Positions 9,450 through 16,034 of a stretch of 16,176 nt of DNA are shown one piece after another. A program made the translations under genes and the position numbers. This DNA comes from a virus (Duplodnaviria; Heunggongvirae; Uroviricota; Caudoviricetes): IMG/VR virus record IMGVR_UViG_3300033070_001087, positions 1 through 16,176 of that record, one strand, 5' to 3'. The stretch's first letter is position 1; each line of letters begins with the position of its first letter. The notes under the pieces are model-generated. The model was not told where the DNA came from. It was given only the letters and a program-made list of their open reading frames with translations, and did no database searches.

Positions 9450-10261
9450 TAGAAAAAGGTTTTATCTGGAGTACCTAAAGTACCAAAGTACTTATAGTAT
9501 CTATTTCTCTTAGGTATAAGAGTATTTGAGTATTCAATAATATTTTGCCATTGATCAGCTGAAGGTAATTTAAACTTACCTCTAATTAATCCTTTATACA
9601 TTCCCCATTGATTTCGATAATATTCAAAGCGTTCTCTTGAACCTTCTTCTTTCATATTCCATCTTTTCTCCCATAATCTATACATAATATAGGTACGTAA
9701 AGCTTGGATAAGTTCTTCATCATCAGGAATAAGAAAATTTCCTTCTTCATCCATAGGAGCTCGAAGGTAAGATATAATTATCCAACCTTCTTTAAATGAA
9801 GTAACTATTTTACCAGTAGGTAGAATAGTAAATTCATGTTGGCAGCTAGTATGTAAATTTGGAGAATTAGGACATAATACTGAAACTAAAAATGAATTTG
9901 TAGAAGCTCTTAATGGTGCCCAATTTTTATTTACATAATCACAAGTTAAAAAATATTTAGAAGAGAAATCTTTATAAACTTGATTAGCAGCTTTACATTC
10001 ACATTTATCGTTTTCAGTCATATTAAAATCCAACTTGTATAATATTTGGTTTACCTGTAATAAACCACAAGGTAAAAATGCTTGATGATTTTCTACCTTA
10101 ACAATAGATACAGCTTCTTCAAAAGTTTCATAGATATCTAATTGACCCATTGCTTTAGAAGCAAATTCGACAGCATCAGCTATCGAAAATAAACCTTCGT
10201 CTGTTGTATCTAATATATCAGGTACAATAGAATTAATTGATATGAATTGTTTTTTTGTCAT
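9449..10261 (-). CDS. Tail tubular / ring protein, 270 aa
   Basis: Immediately upstream of the muzzle with a TAATG overlap. 'VKVENHQAFLPC', 'IVTSFKEGWIIISY' and 'DEEGNFLIPDDE...ALRTYI' match the crAss-like tail tubular (P22 gp4-like) pattern. Confidence 0.75.
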   Translation of the reverse strand: MTKKQFISINSIVPDILDTTDEGLFSIADAVEFASKAMGQLDIYETFEEAVSIVKVENHQAFLPCGLLQVNQILYKLDFNMTENDKCECKAANQVYKDFSSKYFLTCDYVNKNWAPLRASTNSFLVSVLCPNSPNLHTSCQHEFTILPTGKIVTSFKEGWIIISYLRAPMDEEGNFLIPDDEELIQALRTYIMYRLWEKRWNMKEEGSRERFEYYRNQWGMYKGLIRGKFKLPSADQWQNIIEYSNTLIPKRNRYYKYFGTLGTPDKTFF

Positions 10262-10728
10262 TCTCTATATTTTATAATGACATTCTCATCTTTAATAGCT
10301 TTAGCAAGATCTCTTTTATTTTTTCTTGTAGCTATAAATGTATATGTCTTGTTATATGAAACCCACATTGTAGGATCAATCCAAAATCTTGCATTATACC
10401 CAGATGAATGAGTATTACTATGATATATTCTCTTTTTCTCTGTATTTACTTGATTTTCTTCTGCGTAATACTTATTTGTTAATTTCCAGTCAATTTGTCT
10501 TTTTAAACCTTTAAACTTTTTAACTCTAAGTATTCCTAATCTATTTGGTAATTTGTATTCGTAGGCATTATTAATTATTTCTGTCATTAATTCTTGAAAA
10601 AAATCTTTAGAGATATTAACATAAGCAGTCCTCTCTATATAGAAAGGACTCTTTTTATTATATCTATAAGGATAAGTATGCCATATATTTTTTAGTGTTA
10701 TATTGTTCTTTAATCTTTTTCTACCCAT
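10258..10728 (-). CDS. IHF/HU-like DNA-binding protein of the crAss-like tail module, 156 aa
   Basis: Basic protein with a helical 'YVNISKDFFQELMTEII' segment followed by 'YKLPNRLGILRVKK', 'IDWKLT', 'IYHSNTHSSGY' and 'YTFIATRKNKRDLAKAIK'. IHF-like genes occupy this position next to the tail tubular gene in crAss-like phages. Confidence 0.65.
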   Translation of the reverse strand: MGRKRLKNNITLKNIWHTYPYRYNKKSPFYIERTAYVNISKDFFQELMTEIINNAYEYKLPNRLGILRVKKFKGLKRQIDWKLTNKYYAEENQVNTEKKRIYHSNTHSSGYNARFWIDPTMWVSYNKTYTFIATRKNKRDLAKAIKDENVIIKYRE

Positions 10729-10745
10729 TAATGTAATGTATATTT

Positions 10746-11444
10746 TTATTCTACATCATTAGCTGTTTGATTATTCTTAGCATTATTTTCATTATCCTCT
10801 GGCATTCTCATCATAGTCTTAACTAACTTATCTAAAGCCATATTCTCAACATCATCAAATAGATCTTCATCTATTGGAAAGTCTTGAGTTGTAGGATCAT
10901 AACAAGGACCTAGTTCATTACCATTAGGATCACAAGCATTTATAGTTGTTAAATCTAATGGATTCTCAAAAATAGCTGTAATAGATACAACTTTAAGAGT
11001 TGTTGAACCTTTTATAAATAGGTAGTTATTATGAATAAAATATGCTAACTCATCTTTTTTAGTTCGAGTGTATTTCTTGTATTCTTCTTTAGTTGGAGAA
11101 GATTCAGAAATTATTTTACCATTGATAGTATTAACAGCTTTGATAGCTAGTTTGTTTCTTGTTGACATTATCTTAGGTATTTTATATTTACTTCTAAGAA
11201 TAAAACAATCATTAGTGAAACAAGGACAATCAGCAAAATGTCCTAATTCTAATGGTAAACAATCAATAGTCGAGTAATAAAATGGCGATAAATAAAAATA
11301 GCTATCTAGTTTTTGTCGTATTCTCTTAGTTCTTAAAGTTTTAAGAATAGAATAAACAAATCTACTAGATAGCATGTTATCATCACTTGCAATACCATTC
11401 TTTAGTATTACTCTTAATCTTGATATTGCTTCGTTTATTTTCAT
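10746..11444 (-). CDS. Conserved crAss-like structural protein, probable tail ring protein, 232 aa
   Basis: 'SDD..LSSRFVYSILKTLRTKRIRQ', 'LRSKYKIPK', 'YFIHNNYLFI', 'AIFENP' and 'FPIDEDL' resemble crAss-like ring/adaptor paralogues. The gene sits within the tail cluster. Confidence 0.65.
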   Translation of the reverse strand: MKINEAISRLRVILKNGIASDDNMLSSRFVYSILKTLRTKRIRQKLDSYFYLSPFYYSTIDCLPLELGHFADCPCFTNDCFILRSKYKIPKIMSTRNKLAIKAVNTINGKIISESSPTKEEYKKYTRTKKDELAYFIHNNYLFIKGSTTLKVVSITAIFENPLDLTTINACDPNGNELGPCYDPTTQDFPIDEDLFDDVENMALDKLVKTMMRMPEDNENNAKNNQTANDVE

Positions 11445-11926
11445 TTATATTTTTCTAAGTATTTAATTGCATTATTTAATATATCAATATTATCTTTAAG
11501 CAAACCTAATCCACTATTACATTTACTACATAGTAATCCGCGAACTTGTCCAGTTATATGATTATGATCAATACTTAATCTTTGAGATAGTTCTTCTTCT
11601 TTTACATTACATATTGCACAAGAACCATTTGACTTTCTATATAAATCCTCATAGTCTTCTTTATCTAATCCAAAATTTCTATTAACAAGAAATAATCTTC
11701 TAGTTTCTGAAGAATTATATTTTGATCTACTATAATTATTTCTACATTCTTTACAATAGCAAGTATAAAATCTACCTCTTTTTAATTCTTTTCTTTTAGT
11801 TTTATAAAAATCTTTATTTGGTTTTGTAATTTTACAATCAGAACAAGTAAATAGAAAATCATCAGAGTTTATTATAATTAATTCCTCATCTGAATATCTT
11901 TTTCCTTTTCTTAAAATAACTGTCAT
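11441..11926 (-). CDS. Endonuclease VII-family (His-Me finger) nuclease with N-terminal zinc finger, probable free-standing homing endonuclease, 161 aa
   Basis: C-terminal 'CAIC...LSIDHNHITGQVRGLLCSKCNSGLG' is the Endonuclease_7 signature. N-terminal CxxC...CxxC (CSDC...CKEC). ATGA overlaps on both sides. Confidence 0.85.
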   Translation of the reverse strand: MTVILRKGKRYSDEELIIINSDDFLFTCSDCKITKPNKDFYKTKRKELKRGRFYTCYCKECRNNYSRSKYNSSETRRLFLVNRNFGLDKEDYEDLYRKSNGSCAICNVKEEELSQRLSIDHNHITGQVRGLLCSKCNSGLGLLKDNIDILNNAIKYLEKYK

Positions 11927-12762
11927 TTTATTTTATACTTAAACTTTTTAGGAGGACAATAAGATTTTAACTTATTATATACCTTTTCAAGTAATTCAAC
12001 ATCAGCTTTACAGTATTCAATCATTTTATTCATGGCAACTTTATCATTACCAAGTATAATATCTTTCCATAAGTCAAACTCAGTTTTGATTTTATTACCT
12101 ACTCCAAGATATTCTCCCATATAATCTAATTTGTAAGAGTTAAAATAGAATCCAGCTTTTGCAAGTTTTAAAGTATCAATCGAATTGAATTTTACACTTA
12201 CTGGAATTTCATGAAATATACATCTTGCTCTTATCCATTTAACATCAAACTTATCTCCATTTTGAGTACAAATTTCATCTGCTGAATCAATAATTTTAGC
12301 AAATTTTTCTAGCATTGGTTTATCATTTCCTTCATCCCATGATAAAGAATATACTTTATCTTCTCCTTCCCATTTGTAACAGATACAAATAATAGCTCTT
12401 TCATGAATAATGTTATCATGATTGATATTTATTTTATTACCTATTCTCCATGAGAATACAATATTAGGAGTTGTCTCTATATCAAAAAATAATCTTTTTT
12501 TAGGTTGATTTTTTTGCTTAAGAATCTGATTGTATAAATCGACAAGTTCTGAATTTTCTTTTTCTTTTTGTAAAGTTTGAGCTCTTCTAAAATTTTGTTG
12601 TACTATTTTAATAAGATTTAAATCTTTTTCTAAGTCGATACCATTTTTAGGTAAAGAATACTTTGGAGATTTTTTCCAAACTGCTTTTGCAGTTTCAATT
12701 GGTGCTTTCTTTAAATAACCTGGTTTTTCTATTAAAAATAATTCGATATCTTTTTTAGTCAT
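11923..12762 (-). CDS. DnaQ-like / RNase H-like 3'-5' exonuclease (DEDDy; RNase_H_2/YprB-like) with an N-terminal extension, 279 aa
   Basis: ExoI 'FFDIET', ExoII 'QNGDKFD' and ExoIII 'YCKAD' (YxxxD) are intact, with 'IDTL' and 'YKLDY'. About 88 aa precede the catalytic domain. Confidence 0.85.
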   Translation of the reverse strand: MTKKDIELFLIEKPGYLKKAPIETAKAVWKKSPKYSLPKNGIDLEKDLNLIKIVQQNFRRAQTLQKEKENSELVDLYNQILKQKNQPKKRLFFDIETTPNIVFSWRIGNKININHDNIIHERAIICICYKWEGEDKVYSLSWDEGNDKPMLEKFAKIIDSADEICTQNGDKFDVKWIRARCIFHEIPVSVKFNSIDTLKLAKAGFYFNSYKLDYMGEYLGVGNKIKTEFDLWKDIILGNDKVAMNKMIEYCKADVELLEKVYNKLKSYCPPKKFKYKIK

Positions 12763-12946
12763 TTTCCTGTTGTTTTACTTCTAGCTCTGGTACAGAGTCC
12801 ATTTTAAATTGTTTTTCTTTATAATCTGAAATTTGGCTTTGAATGTTAGCTATAGTATTGTAGCTAATTTCAGCAGGTAGTTTACCTAAACCAGCGATTA
12901 TAATTCTAATTTCTTCTTCGCTTATTTGTAACTTAATCATTTTCAT
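12755..12946 (-). CDS. Small hypothetical protein, 63 aa
   Basis: First ORF after a strong promoter match, overlapping the exonuclease start by 8 nt. The pattern 'LQISEEEIRIIIAGLGKLP...NTIANIQSQ' resembles a widespread small helical phage protein of unknown function. Confidence 0.65.
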   Translation of the reverse strand: MKMIKLQISEEEIRIIIAGLGKLPAEISYNTIANIQSQISDYKEKQFKMDSVPELEVKQQEND

Positions 12947-12955
12947 TTATTTATA

Positions 12956-12988
12956 CAAAGATACAACAAATTTACTAAATCGTTCAAA
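12956..12988 (-). promoter_or_regulatory. Bacteroidota primary-sigma promoter (TTTG-N21-TATCTTTG)
   Basis: Exact match on the minus strand to -33 TTTG (12988-12985) and -7 TAnnTTTG (12963-12956) with a 21-nt spacer. It lies in a 59-nt intergenic gap, 9 nt before the ATG at 12946. Confidence 0.8.
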
Positions 12989-13005
12989 ATATAAATATTA
13001 ATTAT

Positions 13006-13512
13006 TTATGTTCTTAATAATTTCACTTCTCTTATTGCTTTACCTAAAACTTTCATTTCTTCATAAGTAAAATTATTCATTCTAGCTGTATTACATTCTC
13101 TACAACAAGGAACACAATTTTCTAAAATATGTCCTAAATTATTATTGATTCTATCGAACCCAGTTGATGGAAAACCACAATAAGTACATGGTGTATCTAG
13201 TATTTTTAATATATCATGTTGTGTAATATTATTTTCTAAACCTTTCTTTTTATCAAATTCTTGATAAGCTTTTGCTCCAAATATTGACTTTCCTTTTTTA
13301 GTCTTTCTATATTCTTTTGCTAAAACCTTATGTTTGTCTTTTTGTTCTTCTGTAAAATTTTTATATCTATTTTTTCTTAAATCTTTTCTAAGCTTATCAC
13401 ATTCCTTACATCTATACATTAAACCAAGATATCTATTCTTGTCTTTATAAAAGAATTGATGAGTGCAAGGTTTATCTACTTTACAAGATGTACACTTTCT
13501 ATATATTAACAT
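13006..13512 (-). CDS. HNH-family endonuclease with N-terminal zinc finger, probable free-standing homing endonuclease, 168 aa
   Basis: C-terminal 'CTYCG...GFDRINNNLGHILENCVPCCRECNTAR' (phage HNH variant with DR...N..C..CN). N-terminal CTSC...CKEC. The start overlaps the last 14 nt of the endolysin gene. Confidence 0.8.
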   Translation of the reverse strand: MLIYRKCTSCKVDKPCTHQFFYKDKNRYLGLMYRCKECDKLRKDLRKNRYKNFTEEQKDKHKVLAKEYRKTKKGKSIFGAKAYQEFDKKKGLENNITQHDILKILDTPCTYCGFPSTGFDRINNNLGHILENCVPCCRECNTARMNNFTYEEMKVLGKAIREVKLLRT

Positions 13513-13987
13513 ATTTAGTTCCAGAAATAAAATCTTTATTTAAATTTTTATGTAGTAACTTTTGCCATGTGTAATTGAAGGTTTTTTGAAAATGAGGGTT
13601 ATCTTTAATTTTCCAATCCATTCCTGATTCCCATCCATATTTCTTAAATATCTCAACTACTTCAGTCCAATCAGCTTTTTTATCTTGATCATAATCTTTA
13701 ACCATATCCCAAGATATCTCTTTACCATCTATTAATAAACAAAAATCAATTGCTAATCCATAATTATGAAATGAACTTCCACCTTTAGCATTAGTTACTT
13801 TCTTACCTGGTTTTGTTCTACCTAAAGCATAAAGTGCATCTTGCTCTTCAATAGTCCTTAAACCTTGTACAATTCTAATTTTAGCTCTACCAGTAAGAGC
13901 TGTATTTATTTCATTTATTATAGTAGTTACTTCATCTCTAATTTTGGGATGTAGTAATTTTATTCTATCTTCTGTAATTTTATCCAT
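13499..13987 (-). CDS. Endolysin, M15 family zinc peptidase (L-Ala-D-Glu peptidase-like), 162 aa
   Basis: 'QGLRTIEEQDALYALGRT', zinc-binding 'SFHNYGLAID' (SxHxxGxAxD) and 'DNPHFQ' match M15C/Ply500-type peptidases. It follows two membrane-protein genes. Confidence 0.9.
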   Translation of the reverse strand: MDKITEDRIKLLHPKIRDEVTTIINEINTALTGRAKIRIVQGLRTIEEQDALYALGRTKPGKKVTNAKGGSSFHNYGLAIDFCLLIDGKEISWDMVKDYDQDKKADWTEVVEIFKKYGWESGMDWKIKDNPHFQKTFNYTWQKLLHKNLNKDFISGTKYVNI

Positions 13988-14243
13988 TTTTACTTTTCTT
14001 TTTAGTTAAATAATATATAACAACAGCAGTAGCAATACCAAAAGCCATTCTTATTGTTCCTAAATAAATTTCATCTATAATATTTATTCCATGTGTTTGC
14101 ATAGGAGTTACTACCATTGTAGTAGTGTCTTTTAAAGGGTTTGCATTAAATATAGTTAAAAAAAAGTATGTGAATATTCCACATACTCTACTTAGCAATG
14201 TTGTATTATCATTAAAACTAAAATCATGAGGATTGTGTATCAT
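13980..14243 (-). CDS. Small membrane protein, putative holin or antiholin, 87 aa
   Basis: Two hydrophobic stretches (LLSRVCGIFTYFFLTIF; IYLGTIRMAFGIATAVVIYYL) and a basic tail (KKKSK). It lies directly upstream of the endolysin. Confidence 0.55.
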   Translation of the reverse strand: MIHNPHDFSFNDNTTLLSRVCGIFTYFFLTIFNANPLKDTTTMVVTPMQTHGINIIDEIYLGTIRMAFGIATAVVIYYLTKKKSKNG

Positions 14244-14496
14244 TTTCTTCTCCTTTATTATTTTTTATAATTTTTACAATATTTTCAGAACCAGTAACAA
14301 AAAATGCAGATATAACTATTAAAAATAAATGATATTCAATTTGTTTTAATATTTCTATATTTGCTAATAATGTATTAGTTAAAGATAAAGCTACTATTGT
14401 AATAGCAATAAGTAAATAAAAAGATTGAATACCTATAAAACGTTTACTACTTATTTTTGTAGAATCTGATAATAATTCTTTTAAAAAATTTGACAT
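14224..14496 (-). CDS. Putative holin, 90 aa
   Basis: 'SSKR' followed by two predicted transmembrane segments (FIGIQSFYLLIAITIVALSL; HLFLIVISAFFV) and a charged C-terminus, inside the lysis cluster. Confidence 0.65.
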   Translation of the reverse strand: MSNFLKELLSDSTKISSKRFIGIQSFYLLIAITIVALSLTNTLLANIEILKQIEYHLFLIVISAFFVTGSENIVKIIKNNKGEENDTQSS

Positions 14497-14498
14497 AT

Positions 14499-16022
14499 TT
14501 ATATTATTTGAGTAAAAACAAAACTGTTTGAATTATCTATATAATGATACCAATATTCACCATTAGGTTTTTGATATATTGTTTTATGAACTGATTGATT
14601 AAACAAGAATGGATGTGTAGTTTCGTCTATTGTTTTATTTATCACATAACAATTAAATGTTATATTACCAAATGCTGATGCTATTGAATTACCTGTAATA
14701 GTACAATCTTCTAATCCATACTTGCTACTAAACATTGTTAATCCATTAATAGATAGTACATCACAATTAGCATCTGTGTTGCTCCATGTTAACTGATTAA
14801 CTCCTTCAAAATTTCCATCAATGTCAGAATTAAACAATGCTAAATTGGTACACCAAAATAACCTTTTGCCAATATTAGATGACAATACTTCACCACCTAT
14901 TAAGCTACCAACTCTATCTCCTATACTTGAATTATTAAAATTAGAGCCTATTACCGCATTTACATTTTCTCCGAACGTTGTATTGCTCCAACTTGAAGAC
15001 GTGCAGTAATCCGTAGAGCCTGTTACGCCACAATCTTCTATCTGCATATTAGTCATCCGAATTACGTGACCATCAAACTGAGAACGAGCAAATATAGATG
15101 ACGATACTTGTATAACATTATCAGCAAAAGACGATTCAAAGAAACTAGATCCTGATACTAGTTCAACGTTAGTAAATGAATTATTTACAAAAACATTATT
15201 TGATGATTGGTTGAGGTCTCCTGAAATACGAGTTTCATAATATAAGTTATTACTCGTTAGTGATGTTCTACCACCAATACTAGATGCTGGAAATTCAACA
15301 CTAAAGATAGAACTCATAGCTGATGGATAACTAGCTATATCACTAGCAACATCTGACACGTAAGGGTCTTTGTAAAATAAGTTTTCAGACGTACTACGTG
15401 CATCATACATCAATACTTTTCTAAAATCGAACGGTGCTGAAACTCCGTTTAAATTTTTTCTAAAAATGATTTTCCCTTTTGCAGGGTCGCTTGTTATATA
15501 CGTATTTGTGTAAGTTATGTCATATACTATTTCGTCTGTCGGAAATTCTACGCTAATCGCATTCGGAAATAATGATACTGCACTACTAGCTTGTACAATT
15601 AGTTCTTCAACACTTGACTCCTTTAAATCGCCTGTACCTGTTTGATTATAAATAGTTTGAAAATCAGTTATTTTATAATACTGTAAAGGAACTAATTGTG
15701 AATTACTATATAAGTCATATAAATCTTCATGTGTAATATCTATAATTGATATTTCACCACTTCCTCCAGTAGATGAAACTATTGGATTTAAAGGATCTGT
15801 ATTATCAATTGTTATATTTGTTCCTTCTTGAATAGATTGAATGCCTGAAGTTAGCAATTGTTCCTGATCAATTAAATAAATTTTATCTTGACTTTTACTT
15901 TTTACAATAACATCATAATCTTGCTTATTATTACCTGATTTTATTTTATATAATCCGGTATCTGGACTTTGTAACTTATTAGTAGTTTTTACTATTTTAT
16001 CTATTTTTGTATTTGAAATCAT
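14499..16022 (-). CDS. Tail fibre / tail spike-like receptor-binding protein, 507 aa
   Basis: 'SIQEGTNITIDNTDPLNPIVSSTGG' and 'ITHEDLYDLYSNSQLVPLQYYKITDFQT' are motifs seen in fibre proteins of Bacteroidota phages. The distal half has a regular 17-aa Ser/Asn/Gly-rich repeat. Confidence 0.65.
   Translation of the reverse strand: MISNTKIDKIVKTTNKLQSPDTGLYKIKSGNNKQDYDVIVKSKSQDKIYLIDQEQLLTSGIQSIQEGTNITIDNTDPLNPIVSSTGGSGEISIIDITHEDLYDLYSNSQLVPLQYYKITDFQTIYNQTGTGDLKESSVEELIVQASSAVSLFPNAISVEFPTDEIVYDITYTNTYITSDPAKGKIIFRKNLNGVSAPFDFRKVLMYDARSTSENLFYKDPYVSDVASDIASYPSAMSSIFSVEFPASSIGGRTSLTSNNLYYETRISGDLNQSSNNVFVNNSFTNVELVSGSSFFESSFADNVIQVSSSIFARSQFDGHVIRMTNMQIEDCGVTGSTDYCTSSSWSNTTFGENVNAVIGSNFNNSSIGDRVGSLIGGEVLSSNIGKRLFWCTNLALFNSDIDGNFEGVNQLTWSNTDANCDVLSINGLTMFSSKYGLEDCTITGNSIASAFGNITFNCYVINKTIDETTHPFLFNQSVHKTIYQKPNGEYWYHYIDNSNSFVFTQII
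14697..15155 (-). repeat. Nine tandem 17-residue protein repeats (predicted beta-solenoid) in the tail fibre
   Basis: SGSSFFESSFADNVIQV / SSSIFARSQFDGHVIRM / TNMQIEDCGVTGSTDYC / TSSSWSNTTFGENVNAV / IGSNFNNSSIGDRVGSL / IGGEVLSSNIGKRLFWC / TNLALFNSDIDGNFEGV / NQLTWSNTDANCDVLSI / NGLTMFSSKYGLEDCTI. Position 5 is hydrophobic, 8 is S/T/C, and 10, 14 and 17 are mostly hydrophobic. Confidence 0.75.
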
Positions 16023-16034
16023 TTAATTATATTA

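Noticed and set aside
11068-11277. 69-aa plus-strand ORF with a hydrophobic stretch
   Set aside because: Antisense to the ring gene. Hydrophobicity is expected from the reverse complement of Lys/Asn-rich codons, and there is no supporting promoter or lipobox.
11441-12762. Bacterial anti-phage defence system (exonuclease plus HNH-type nuclease)
   Set aside because: The genes are embedded in and translationally coupled to a phage virion operon. No ATPase, sensor or other defence-system component is present.
14821-15009. 62-aa plus-strand ORF
   Set aside because: Antisense shadow of the fibre repeat region with no recognisable features.
14499-16022. Diversity-generating retroelement target in the tail fibre
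   Set aside because: No reverse transcriptase and no template/variable repeat pair differing at adenines is visible in the window. A distant TR cannot be excluded.
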